Below, in pieces: positions 24,648-38,413 of a stretch of 64,000 nt of DNA (position 1 is the first letter of the stretch; every line of letters begins with the position of its first letter). The stretch spans positions 1-64,000 of the forward strand of contig NW_021832864.1 of NCBI RefSeq assembly GCF_006345805.1, written 5' to 3'. The position numbers and the translations under genes were made by a program. Source of the stretch: Octopus sinensis. Lineage: Eukaryota. The notes below the pieces were generated by a model. That model was not told where the DNA came from and did no database searches. It was given only the letters and a program-made list of their open reading frames with translations.

Positions 24648-24842
24648 CAATAGAATTTTTTTTTAAACATCAAACAGTTTGGGAATGTCCATCCAGCACA
24701 GTGGAGTAAGAATAAAGGGAGCCCGTAAGGAAAAAATAAATGGTTGAGAATTACTGGTATTATTGATGATGGCGGTGATATTGTGCTGCTAATGGTGATG
24801 GTGGATAGTAGGAATATTGAAGACGGTATTAATAGTAGTAAA

Positions 24843-25079
24843 GGCGGCGAGCTGGCAGAAACGTTAGCACGCCGGACGAAATGCGTAGCTGTAATTTCGT
24901 CTGCCGTTACGTTCTGAGTTCAAATTCCGCTGTGGTCGGCTTTGCCTTTCATCCTTTCGGGGGGTCGATAAATTAAGTACCAGTTACGCACTGGGGGTCG
25001 ATGTAATCGACTAAATACCTATGTCTGTCCTTGTTTGTCCCCTCTGTGTTTAGCCCCTTGTGGGTGTAGTAAAGAAATA
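24843..25079 (+). mobile_element. SINE family A
   Basis: TSD GGTATTA(A/G)TAGTAGTA at 24825-24840 and 25080-25095. Confidence 0.9.
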
Positions 25080-25084
25080 GGTAT

Positions 25085-25147
<63 letters not shown>

Positions 25148-25311
25148 CTGTAGTAGCAGCAGCATTAGTAGTCGCAATAACGGTGATGATGTTTGTAGTG
25201 ATAGCGACGGTGGTGGTTGTGGTATTGGCGCTTGATATGAGGTGTTGTTCTATATATAACTATATATACACACATACATACATACATACATATACATACA
25301 TACATACATAC

Positions 25312-25355
<44 letters not shown>

Positions 25356-25803
25356 GATAGGTGGGTAAAGGAAGGAATAATAATGATTACTTTTATGGCC
25401 AGAAGGGCGACGGATGTTAGGCTAAGTGGGGTAGAGGGAAGCATTACAAGGTTTTAGCCACCTAATATAACAAAAACAGCCACTAGATTTCCTCCTCCTC
25501 CTCCTCCACCAACACCTGTATAGGGAGCAACTGGTGATGGTGGTGGTGGTGATGGCGGTGGTGGTGGCGGCGGTGGTGGCGGTGGTGGTGGTGGTGGTGG
25601 TGGAGGTTGTTGTTGATGTAGTGGATGGGGTGGTGTAGAGGTGGTGGAGGAGGTGGGGGTGGGGGGGTGGTGGTGGTGGCCAGGAGGTGGTTTGTGCTTT
25701 ACTGTTAGGGTTGTTTTTTCCTCGAAAAAAAGTATTTTTAAAAGCTACCTGGTCAGGTATGTAACTGTCTCCTCTCTAACCAACTTGGCTTCATGTTCGC
25801 TAG

Positions 25804-25836
<33 letters not shown>

Positions 25837-25954
25837 TGTATGTATGTATGTATGTATGTATGTACGTATGTATGTATGTATGTATGTATGCATGCATGTA
25901 TGCATGTATGTATGTATGTATGTATGTACATAAACGTATACTCGCAATCACAAA

Positions 25955-26165
25955 CACACACAGAGGCACACACACACACAGAGGCACACACACACACAGA
26001 GGCACACACACACACACACAGAGGCACACACACACAGAGGCACACACACACACAGAGGCACATACACACACAGAGGCACACACACACACACAGAAGCACA
26101 CACACACACAGAGGCACACATACATAGAGGCACACACACACACACAGAGGCGCACACACACAGAC
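25955..26165. repeat. (CA)n-GAGG minisatellite
   Basis: Repeated CACACACAGAGGCAC units. Confidence 0.85.
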
Positions 26166-26391
26166 ACACACGCATATGCGCGCACACATCACTATATACA
26201 TATATATATATATGTTCTTACACACATATATACATTCTTACAGACAACACACTTATACTTCACATGTGTACAGACACATACACACACACACACACACACA
26301 CTCACGCATATACACTCGCACACAACACATATATACTAACAAACATTACCACATATAAAATCACACACTCCACACATATATGATCTAACAC

Positions 26392-26431
<40 letters not shown>

Positions 26432-26499
26432 CATGCTCCCTCGCAACACACTCACACACGTGTACACTACTGCACAATGGATATATACTTAAAACTCAT

Positions 26500-26570
<71 letters not shown>

Positions 26571-26894
26571 TGCTCCCTCGCAACACACATACATACACCG
26601 GCACTCATACTCATACTCACACTCACACGTACAAAGCCATGCAAAGCACAGATACCTTCACTCACATAACACAGTGTAATACATAGGCAGTCTTTTTCTT
26701 TCTCCTTAACACTCACACACACAAAGATACATACACTCTCTTTCTCTTTCCCTTTCTGTCTCTGTCGCTCTGTCACACGTAGATTTTTATTATATCTTTT
26801 GCACACACACATACACACACACACAACACAGACACAAACAAAACATACACACCACGACTTCTTCCCACCAAACACATACATACACAGACACATT

Positions 26895-26928
<34 letters not shown>

Positions 26929-26966
26929 CATGTTTTCTATCTTTCCGTCTTTTTACCCCGGATGCG

Positions 26967-27011
<45 letters not shown>

Positions 27012-27065
27012 ACATACATTATTTTCTCTCCTCTTTCTTTCCGACAAAACAAACGCCCAGACAAG

Positions 27066-27114
<49 letters not shown>

Positions 27115-27228
27115 TCACACACACATACACACATTCTCTATCTCTCTCTCACTGGCCCTTACAAGCACGCGTTTCTCTTTCTCAATCTTTCGAACGCGTA
27201 GTTACATATGCGCACTTTCAAACAAACA

Positions 27229-27298
<70 letters not shown>

Positions 27299-27528
27299 AA
27301 CACACACACACACACACACACTCTCTCTCTCTCTCTCTCACTCACTCACCTACGCACACACACATGCACTCGCATACATGTGCTCAAGTGTATGGTGCAC
27401 ACATATTCACTCGTCAATTATGCATTTCATTCGCGTATATTCTCACACGACACACTGATACATATATACAATTGCTTAAACGCACATATATAGACGTTCA
27501 CACAAATACGCACACACACAATCACACA

Positions 27529-27570
<42 letters not shown>

Positions 27571-27572
<2 letters not shown>

Positions 27573-27726
27573 GCTGTGCGTTAAGAAGTTTGCTTTCCAA
27601 CTACATGGTCCCGGGTTCAATCCCACTGTATGGCACGTTGGGCAAATATGTCTTCTACAATAACCTCGGGCTGACCAAAGCCTTGTTAGTGGATTTAGTG
27701 GACGGAAATGAAAGAAGCCTGGCGTT

Positions 27727-27800
<74 letters not shown>

Positions 27801-28053
27801 ATATATATGTGTGTGTGGTGTGTGTGTGTGTGTGCATCTGTGTGTGTTGTTCGCCCACCAAAGCTTGACAACCATGTTAGTGTGTTTACGTCCCCGTAAC
27901 TTAGCGGCTCGGCAATATGACCGATAGAATAAGTAAGTACTGGGCTTGAAAAAGAAAATAACTACTGGAGGGGGCAGGTCGATTAGTCCTACTAAAATAA
28001 ATCAATGCGGTGCCCCAGAATGGCCGCAGTCTAATGAGTGAAACGAATAAAAG
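27571..28053 (+). mobile_element. SINE family B
   Basis: Head, TTGGGCAA core, internal TA/TG tract, GCGGTGCCCCAG.ATGGCCGCAGTC tail. Confidence 0.8.
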
Positions 28054-28169
28054 ATAATATATATATATGTATATGTGTGTGTGTATATATGTATATACAT
28101 ACACACACACACACACACACACACCACACACCACACACACACCACACACACACATATATATATATATAG

Positions 28170-28204
<35 letters not shown>

Positions 28205-28412
28205 ATATATAATATATATATGTAAGGATGCGCAAGGGTGACACGCAAATTCGTGAAGGGTTCCATATTTTTGACTTCTTTTTAAATTTTTCATACACCC
28301 ATTTTTATTAAAATTTACTTTCAATTTTGCCTAATTATTTTTTCCTCTCCTATCATTTCTTCACGTGCGGTTAACACTATCCCGCCATTTACTGACTTAT
28401 ATGCATGTAATA

Positions 28413-28800
28413 TAGGCGTGGCTGTGTGGTAAGAAGCTTGCTTCCCAACCACATGGTTCCGGGTTCAGTCTCGCTGCGAGGCACCTTGAGCAAGTATCTT
28501 TTGCTATAGCCTCGGGTCAACCAAAGCCTTGTGGGTGGATTTGGTAGACGGAAACTGAAAGAAGCCTGTCATATATATATATATATATGTTTGTGTGTCT
28601 GTGTTTGTCTCTCCACCATCGCTCGACGACCTACGTTGGTGTGCTTACGTCCCAGTATCCTAGCGGTTCGGCAAAACATACCGATAGAATAAGTACTAGG
28701 CTTACAAAGAATAAGTTCTGGGGTCGCTTTGTTCGACTAAAGGCGGTGCTTCAGCATGGCCGCAAGTCAAATGACTGAAACAAGTAAACGAATAAAAGAA
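28413..28800 (+). mobile_element. SINE family B
   Basis: TAGGCGTGGCTGTGTGG head through GGCGGTGCTTCAGCATGGCCGC..GACTGAAAC tail. Confidence 0.85.
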
Positions 28801-28812
28801 TATAGATGCATA

Positions 28813-28885
28813 TATCGCATAGCTCAGTCGGTAGAGCATCAGACTTTTAATCTGAGGGTCGCGGGTTCGAGTCCCTCTGCGGGCG
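28813..28885 (+). pseudogene. tRNA-Lys(UUU)-like sequence, probably a pseudogene or SINE head
   Basis: TAGCTCAGTCGGTAGAGCATCAGACTTTTAATCTGAGGGTC matches eukaryotic tRNA-Lys(UUU); first three acceptor bases are TAT rather than GCC; one T-stem mismatch; no oligo-T terminator. Confidence 0.85.
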
Positions 28886-28943
28886 TACAATTATTAATGG
28901 CGGTGCTCCAGCATGGTACAGCTCGTGAGCTGAAACTAGATAA

Positions 28944-28983
<40 letters not shown>

Positions 28984-29378
28984 ACACACAAACACATACA
29001 CAATATCATATATACACCTGCACGCTCGTACGTTAGGCATTTCATGCACTTATACACGCATAGACATTTATATGTCTATGCATGCTCACGCGCGTGCGCG
29101 CACACACTCAGACAGACAGACAGACACACACAGACAGACAGAAGACAGACACACACACACTCACACACATACTAACACGCACGAATGTTCATACTATGTT
29201 TAAATACGGAGCACGAATCGATGTATGCGTGTGTATGTGTGTATCTGTATGTAAACCTTTCTTTCTGTCTCTTTGTATTCATTAAAAACAGGAAGTTCTG
29301 TTATTTACAGAAAAATAATGCATTTAGAATCAATCTGTGTATTTTATGGCTTTTCATTCAACATTCTGTGCATAAGTG

Positions 29379-30063
<685 letters not shown>

Positions 30064-31094
30064 CCTCCTGTATCACCGACACAAGCGTGTACAGTGTTGG
30101 AACCCTAGTCGTTTGGTCACTGGCTGATTCTACAGGAACTTGTAAGATTCCTAACACTCACTCTCTCATTGCAACTGGAGGCCGTCGAGTATGGTCAACT
30201 GAAAATTTAGGGTGTTTGCTTAAGGAGTTATCAAGCCTACTGCCATTGATTTTCAAAGGACAGATTTCCCGTATCCCGTACTCCAGTACTCCCCTCCACC
30301 AACTCCGTGATAAGAACCAATATCTGATCTCAAAATGCACAAAGCCAAACAAATGAAACCACAAGGGATCCCGTTCGATGCTTTAACATTGTGTTAAACC
30401 ACAGCCTCGAATTGGCTTTTTATGTATTGACCCTGAAAGTATAAGAGGTAAAGTCGACTCGGATTTGAACTCAGAACGTTGTATGCCGGAAATTAAGCGT
30501 ATTATTCGTTGCTCTAACGACTAAACATTTTTTAAAGAAAGTATTTTATTTCTTGTTGTTTAAACCCATGTCAGCTTTGATCAAGTACACTGTGACTTCA
30601 TGTCATTTCTGGTCATGAGGACACGTCTTATTTTTTTCAGACGAATGTGTTGGCCTAGTCGACCGGATGCCTTGTAGTACTTCTTCCGGTTATTTGCGCT
30701 CTGAGTTCAATTCCCACTATGATCAACTTTTGATAGGAGACCTAACCCGTCACCCCACTTAACATTACTACTATGTACCTTCGGTACCTTTTAATAAGAG
30801 CCACTATATTCAAAGCATTCGGTACTAGTGCCGGTTTCAGATTATCTATCTCCTTTTTTTTTGCCCTGTATTCTTTGATGTTCTGTAAAAGATCCCGGGC
30901 CCTGCCTTTACCAATCACTATAAAATAAAAGTTATAAAAAAAAATGAAACGTACCACTCCCTATTTTAAGACCATAGAACGTTATTATATACGGGCGACC
31001 GCGAATTCTGAAAAAGCCACGGACACAAACCACTTTTCCAGACTTAGGTCTATTATGAGTACCTCGATTCACAAGGTTGAAGAAGTTGGTTTCC

Positions 31095-31393
31095 ATGGCG
31101 TATAAATAAGGCCGAAAATGTCGCTAGAAGCTGGGATCACCAAGCGTAGATTGGCATATTTCGGTCATATTATGCGGAGAGAATCCCTGGAGAAGGACAT
31201 CATGCTCGGAATGGTCAGTGGCAAGAGAAGAAAAGGCCGACGAAGAACTCGCTGGCTTGACACCATCAGGAGTGATACCGGAATGGACATGGCCAGTCTG
31301 AAGGAAGCGGCCCAGGATAGAACTGACCGGAGGACACTGATCCAACGAGTGACCGAGTATCGACTTCGACTGAGCGGTTAGAGAGAGAGAGAG
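31095..31393 (+). mobile_element. RTE (BovB-like) LINE 3' end
   Basis: SLEAGITKRRLAYFGHIMRRESLEKDIMLGMVSGKRRKGRRRTRWLDTI, followed by a (GA)n tail. Confidence 0.9.
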
Positions 31394-31710
31394 ATAAATG
31401 ACTGAGATCGAAACATCCCACCCCTACTGAATGGGTCGCCCATCCGCCGCAGGGTCAAAATCTCCAGTTAATGCTAGAACACATTTTCAGTTGAATGGTC
31501 TAGCGTAAGCTAAAATGAAGTTTGTGTTCGCTCAAGAACACAAGCGCGCCAACAGCTCGGTCTGGATCCTGATCCGGGAATCGAAACCACGAATTTAAGA
31601 TCGTTGAGTGCAACACCCTTAGCCACTAGGCCACACTCATTCACACGCTTTTCTGGAACAAAGTATTAAGGAACAACAGCAACAACAATACCACCACCAC
31701 CACCACCACC

Positions 31711-31764
<54 letters not shown>

Positions 31765-31771
31765 GCTGCTG

Positions 31772-31805
<34 letters not shown>

Positions 31806-31842
31806 ACTACTACTACTACAACTGCTACTTCTACTTCTACTG

Positions 31843-31890
<48 letters not shown>

Positions 31891-32751
31891 ACTATAATAA
31901 CAAACCTTAACGACAAAATTAAAAAAGTGATTGCAGAGGCCGTGCCCTTATTTATCGACTCTATAAAATATATTGTGTTTTTGATACATTTATTTTTTTT
32001 TTCCCTTTCCCTTTCTTATACTGACACAGACAACAGTTTCCGGGGGTGGGGGATTATTTGTTTTTTTTTCCTTCCTATTATTTCGTTTACAGTTTATACT
32101 CTGAATAATAATAATAATAATAAACAAATGTTTTTTCTTTAACTGTTTTCTATTTATTCAAAAAAAAAAAAAAAAAAAAAAAATCTCGGCGTTTTAGAGA
32201 GAAACGCTCCGCCATAAACAAACGCTGTTTAATAGCGTCAATTCTGAATAAGATTTTTCTATAAAACCCAGACACAGTTTTGCTGCTGTTTTTCACAAGT
32301 ATTTTTCTAGTTAAGTTTGTTTCTTTGTTTTTCTAATTCATTCATATTTTATTCTTCGCATGATTTTTTTTTTGTCTTTTGAAGGATAAGTGGGGGGTGG
32401 GGGTGGGGGGTGGAGAGAGAAAAAAAGAAAAAATGAAGATGGTAGAAGTAGAAATAACTTTTAGCAAAAATGAAATTTAGTTTTGGTTGAATTCTTACCG
32501 TTACACACACGTACATACACACACACACGCACACACACACACACACACATCCACAAACAGACACATAAATTGTATGCACAAAAAATATATTAACGTATAT
32601 ATATATATGAATATATGTATATATAGTACATATATGTATGTGCCTGTGTGTATGTATGCGTGTATATATGTATATATATATATACACACACATATGTATA
32701 TGTGTGTGAGTGTATGTATGTATATATGTATACGTATACGTTCGATATATA

Positions 32752-32782
<31 letters not shown>

Positions 32783-33416
32783 AGATATAGATATGCATGT
32801 ATATATATCTATACACACTCACACACACACTCAAATATAGACGTATATACATTACAGTGTTACATATAAATACATATATACATACAAATATATGTACACA
32901 CGCGCTCACACATACACACACATACACACACACACACGCACACTCATACACACAAATCTTCTATAAAATAGGAATCTGTAAAGCGAGATTCTCTAAAGTT
33001 TTAACAAAGCTAAATGATAAAAAAAAATACACTTCGATGATGATAAAAACAGGAACATTAGCAGAGTAAACAAGGCGCACCAGAACCACCACCACCACCG
33101 CAACCACCGCCATCACCACTACTACCACCGCTTATACAGTAACCATAACCACCGACACCGGCACCTCTACCGCCGCTAGCAACAACATGAACAACAACAA
33201 AAGCAATAACAACAGCCTCAGCAATTAATATTTATGTTGTTTAAAAAGTTATTTTTATTTTAATCGTTTTTTCCGAAACGAAATATATGCTTTAGCTCAG
33301 TTATTATAGATATGAACGTACGTACGTACGTATATAAGTTCCAAGTTCTAGGCCATAAGTGCAGGAACGATATTTGCTTAGGGTGTGGAAACCTCGGTCC
33401 AAAAATTTTTTGCAAA

Positions 33417-33589
33417 TAGGCGCAGGAGTGGCTGTGTGGTAAATAGCTTGCTTACCAACCACATGGTTCAGGGTTCAGTCCCACTGCGTGGCATCTTGGG
33501 CAAGTGTCTTTTGCTATAGCCCCGGGCCGACCAATGCCATGTGAGTGGATTTGGTAGCGGAAACTGAAAGAGCCTGTCGTATATATGTA

Positions 33590-33623
<34 letters not shown>

Positions 33624-33887
33624 TATATATATAATATATAATATATATTAATATATGTAATGTGTTGTGTGTGTGTGTTTGTGTGTCTGTGTTTGTCCCC
33701 CTGCATTGCTTGACAACCGATGCTGGTGTGTTTACGTCCCCGTCACTTAGCGGTTCGGCAAAAGAGACCGATAGATAGTATACTGGGCTTACAAAGAATA
33801 AGTCCCGGGGTCGATTTGCTCGACTAACCGGTGCTCCAGCATGGCCGCAGTCAAATGACTGAAACATTAAAAGAGTAAAAGAGTAAA
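33417..33887 (+). mobile_element. SINE family B, full length
   Basis: TAGGCGCAGGAGTGGCTGTGTGG head to (TAAAAGAG)n tail. Confidence 0.9.
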
Positions 33888-33994
33888 GGTCGTTTTTTTT
33901 TATCAATCTTAATATGTAAACAAACCACTATAATAATGATTATTATTAATAATTATATTTAAGGCAATGAACTTAGCACGCCGGGCGAAGATTA

Positions 33995-34771
33995 GGCGGC
34001 GAGCTGGCAGAAACGTTAGCACGCCGGATGAATGCTTACGGTATTTCGTCTGTCGTTACGTTGTGAGTTCAATTCCGCCGAGGTCAACTTTGCCTTTCAT
34101 CCTTTCGGGGTCGATAAATTAAGTACCAGTTACGGCTCTGGGGTCGATAAATCGACTTAATACCTATGTCTGTCCTTGTTTGTCCCCTCTATGTTTAGCC
34201 CCTGTGGGTATAAAGAAATAGGTATTTTGTCTGCCGTTACGTTCTGAGTTCAAATTCCACCGAGGTCAACTTTGCCTTCATCCTTTCGGGGTCGATAAAT
34301 TAAGTACCAGTTACGCTCTGGGGTCGATATAATCGACTTAATACCTATGTCTGTCCTTGTTTGTCCCCTCTATTTTTAGCCCCTTGGGGTATAAATAAAT
34401 AGGTATTTTGTCTGCCGTTACGTTCTGAGTTCAAATTCCACCGAGGTCGACTTTGCCTTTCATCCTTTCGGGGTCGATTGAATAAGTACCAGTTACGCAC
34501 TGGGGTCGATATAATCGACTTAATCCATTTGTCTGTCCTTGTTTGTCCCCCTTATGTTTAGCCCCTTGTGGGTAGTAAAGAAATTGGTATTTTGTTTGCC
34601 GTTACGTTCTGAGTTCAAATTCCGTCGAGGTCGACTTTGCCTTTCATCCTTTCGGGGTCGATTAAATAAGTACCAGTTACGCACTGGGGTCGATATAATC
34701 GACTTAATCCGTTTGTCTGTCCTTGTTTGTCCCCTCTACGTTTAACCCTTTGTGGGCAATATAGAAATAAG
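33995..34771 (+). mobile_element. SINE family A tetramer inside an older related SINE
   Basis: One headed unit plus three headless ~181-184-bp units starting at 34223, 34404 and 34588; older SINE pieces at 33961-33994 and 34772-34970. Confidence 0.9.
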
Positions 34772-36152
34772 AATCGTTAGCACGCCAGGTGAAATGATTA
34801 TTCGTATTTCGTCTGTCTTTACATTCTGAGTTCAAGTTCGGACGGAGTTAACTTTGCTTTTCATCCTGTCGGGGTCGATGAAATAAGTACTAGTCGAGCA
34901 CTGGGGTCGATGTTATCGACCAGTCTCCTCCCCCGAAATTTCAGGCCTTGTGCTTATAATAGAAAGGATTATTATTATTAATCAATCAATCACGTAAATT
35001 CAATAATGGAACAGTAATCTTTCAAAATAGTCAAAAAATGATTCTACGCTTGTTTGTTTTGGTGATGAAATTTTTCAGGAGGTTGTTCAAAGTGTTTTCA
35101 TTGCCCACCAAAATTTTTATGGGGTGCTCTTGTAACCCCTGCGTCCCTTGTTTCCGAGCTTATGTTCTAGGCCTCAATTTATCAGTTTAGTTACTAAAAT
35201 GTAGACAGACACACACATTTTGAAGTAAAAAGCCTTAGGCTAATATATTTTTTAGGCACAGGCATGTCCGTGTGGTTAAAGATCTTGCTTTGCGATCATA
35301 TGTTTTCGGATTCTGTCCCACTGCGTGGAACTTTTGGCAAGTGTCTTCAACTATATCTCCGGGCTTTGCTTCAGTAAATCTGAATATCGTACGGCCATCC
35401 GTCTTTTGTGCCATCAGGCATGGTTACAGCTGACTTGTATGTGTGCATGTAAAATGATAGTCCTTTGGCAAGACATTAAACTGCATCCAGTGGTGAGGCT
35501 CCAGCTTGGGAGTGCAGGAGATTTGAGGACATTTTAAGAATACGTCTTAGTCACTTCTACTTCCAGATCAGCTGCGGTTCGGGGTGGTTGCACTCGTCGA
35601 GTATCCAAGTTGTGTGTCAAATAACAGAAGATGGTTCTGTGACTAAGACATAGGGGACTCGGAGAAAGGGTGGTCCCTAAACATGGGACACACAGGGAAA
35701 CTGCTTTGTGGACATACCCTGATATGTCAAGCAGACCCTGCTGAAGGGTTAAATGGGCGCTGGCTGAGTGTGTGTGTGTGTGGGGGGGGCTGGTGTTTGG
35801 GTGTGTACGTGTGTGTGTGTGCGTGTGAGTGCTTGCGTGCGTGCGTGTGTGTGTATGTGTGTGTGTGTGCGTGTTTCCTATAAGCACATGTGATTGTATA
35901 TATATGCTCAATTCTGGAACCTCAAATGGGGAATCTGAAATTTTTTCACAAATTTTCTTGGTAACCACTAATCGACTTTATTTGGTGGGTGTGAACCAGT
36001 TTGTTTTATTCTTTCCTGAAGGATGCCATCATTTCTAAGTTTTTATACAAATCTATTGTTACACGGCACGCTTCACCTATAATAACAGGTATAAACGAAA
36101 ATTTAAACTCTGAATATAAGAGCTGTAAATTTCTCAAAATAGTCCTCTATAG

Positions 36153-36188
<36 letters not shown>

Positions 36189-36454
36189 AGAGAGGAAAGA
36201 AAGAAAGATAGAGAGAGAGAGAGGAGAAAGGCCATTGGTATTAATATTCCTTGTGCGGCCAACAATTTTCTCCCTATTAACTATCAAATACAATTACTTA
36301 TCTTGACCAAAACTCTATTTCTACTACCTCCTGAGAATGTTATGATCAGTTCTTACTTCGGCGCTCATTTAGAAACGCATCTCCAAGAAAATGAAATGCA
36401 ATGAAGAAAATAGTTACGAAAATTGAAAATATATACAAAATAAATGATGAATTA

Positions 36455-36750
36455 CTTCTTGAATACAGCTGAAAGTCGTCAGCGAAACATCGTGGGTGAC
36501 ATATTTCTATTTTCTCTTCTACCGATTGTGTCTTGTAGCCTTTGTATTTATTTAATAGAGTCGACAAGGGATTCATTGCTAGGACAAAAGACATTACGGT
36601 TGAGCTGTCATCCAGGAAGTGTCCTGTTGAGAATCAAATTCTGTTAAGTATTGTACTAGTAGTTTCGGTGCGTACCATTTGCTCCGTTGACTAATGTTTT
36701 GTCAGTCTCTTAAATAGCATCGACAACAGCTGTTGGAAACTTGGCAGGGC
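36455..36750 (-). mobile_element. R4-clade reverse transcriptase fragment
   Basis: FVLAMNPLSTLLNKYKGYK...ICH...FADDFQLYSR. Confidence 0.7.
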
Positions 36751-37026
36751 ATATCGTCTTTAGTATCTACAAGGGCAAGTGAAACACTTTTCATCCTTTA
36801 GCACTACACGCATGTGTGTGTGTGTGTGGTGTATATATATATATGTATATGTATACATATATATATATAATATATATATATATGTATGTATATAGTTTTA
36901 TATATATATATATATATATATTTATACATATATATATATATATATCATATATATATATACTTTCTATTTGTTCTACAATACATGTCAACGCTCCGGCCGT
37001 TTATATATATAATATATACGTGGTGT

Positions 37027-37076
<50 letters not shown>

Positions 37077-37346
37077 ATCTTTTATCATTTATTTGTTTCA
37101 GTCATTGGACTGTGGCCATGCTGGGGTACTACCTTTTAATCTTTGTCGAATGAATCGACCCCGGTACTTATTTTTTTAAAAGTCTGATATAATTTCAACT
37201 TGTTTCAGTCATTGGACTGCGTTCATGCTGGGGCACCCCCTTGAAGGCTTAGTTGACCAAATCGACCCCAGTCCTTATTTAAAAAAAAAAATTCAGTCAG
37301 GTACTTATTCTATCAATCTCGTGATGATTTGGAAAGAGCTTTTTAG

Positions 37347-37407
<61 letters not shown>

Positions 37408-37423
37408 TAATAATAATAATAAT

Positions 37424-37643
37424 ATCCTACGCAAAATACTTTCTATGTAATCTCAAGGTTTAAAACAAACATAATTTTCGGTTTTTTGTTTTAGACATTC
37501 ACTAGTACAACACCAAAAAACCCCCCAAATATATGGCACACTAGGCATAACAACAACATGAACTTCCAACCTGTTGTCTCTTGAGGTCTCTGGGTGAGAC
37601 TTGGAGCCAACTTGTACAAATATAAAGCAAAAGTCAAACATAA

Positions 37644-37644
<1 letters not shown>
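37424..37644 (+). mobile_element. Dong/R4-like 3' end within (TAA)n
   Basis: ORF end ILRKILSM-stop, 3' UTR GTCTCTTGAGGTCTCTGGGTGAGACTTG, (TAA)n on both sides. Confidence 0.65.
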
Positions 37645-37728
<84 letters not shown>

Positions 37729-37865
37729 TAATATTAATAATAATAAAATAATAATAATAAAATAATAATAATCGGTAGCATGTAGACTGATGTTAAACGA
37801 TAATAATGATGATGATGATGATGATGATATATATATATGTACTCGTATTTTTGTACACGTTTATG

Positions 37866-37904
<39 letters not shown>

Positions 37905-38340
37905 GTATAGATAAGTGTCGTGAGATTGAAACTGTTGTGTTGTTAGAGAGGTGGTTGTGATGCATTGCCTTGTCGTTGTTTGACCCTGGGCCATCCCTTT
38001 ATTGCTCCCAACTGGTTTCTACGTAACCTAATTTTTCTTTCCTTTTGGAGGTGCTAGTTGTGCTTTTGATATTTTTGTTGCTATTTTCGTCATTGTGGTT
38101 GGTGTGAAAAGGGAGCGATGGTTGTGATGATGATGATGATGGTGGCGATGGCGGTTGTAACACGTCTGGTAAATGTGGAGTAGTGTTAGTAGAGTTTCAA
38201 TGGTGGTAGTGGCGGCGGCAGGGAAATGGTGGTGGTGTTGAAAAATTTGTTTGGAACATATTTATTCCCCAACACCCGCCCTTTTTTTTTCTTTTTTTTT
38301 TATCTGACTGACAAATCCATATTGTATTGTCATTATCAAC

Positions 38341-38413
38341 TGACCTTGCTTGACCTCGCAGTGACTTCACCAGCTAACCGTATTTTGATGACCTCACCTG
38401 GTGAACTCACCTG
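38341..38413. promoter_or_regulatory. Cluster of nuclear-receptor half-sites (perfect DR4) and E-boxes
   Basis: TGACCT 38341, TGACCT 38351, TGACTT 38362, TGACCT 38389, TGAACT 38402; CACCTG 38395 and 38408. Confidence 0.4.

Larger units (their letters stand above)
23167..24756. mobile_element. Non-autonomous hAT (Charlie/MER5-like) element with nested insertions
   Basis: TIRs TAGTGGGTTCTCAACC and GGTTGAGAATTACTG; exact 8-bp TSD GTATTATT at 23159-23166 and 24757-24764. Confidence 0.8.
33354..35164. mobile_element. Non-autonomous hAT-like element hosting nested SINEs
   Basis: Termini CATAAGTGCAGGAAC and GTTTCCGAGCTTATG; exact 8-bp TSD TTCTAGGC at 33346-33353 and 35165-35172. Confidence 0.7.

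Noticed and set aside
25536-25690. G-rich tract as a regulatory G-quadruplex
   Set aside because: Ordinary (GGT)n microsatellite; nothing ties it to a function
28813-28885. Functional tRNA-Lys gene
   Set aside because: Broken acceptor stem, T-stem mismatch, no terminator, and followed by a SINE-type tail
32180-32300. TATAAAA and forkhead-like sites as a promoter
   Set aside because: Short motifs expected by chance in AT-rich DNA; no linked exon found
33995-34771. Regular repeats resembling a CRISPR array or satellite
   Set aside because: No unique spacers and no cas genes; the units are SINE bodies in eukaryotic DNA
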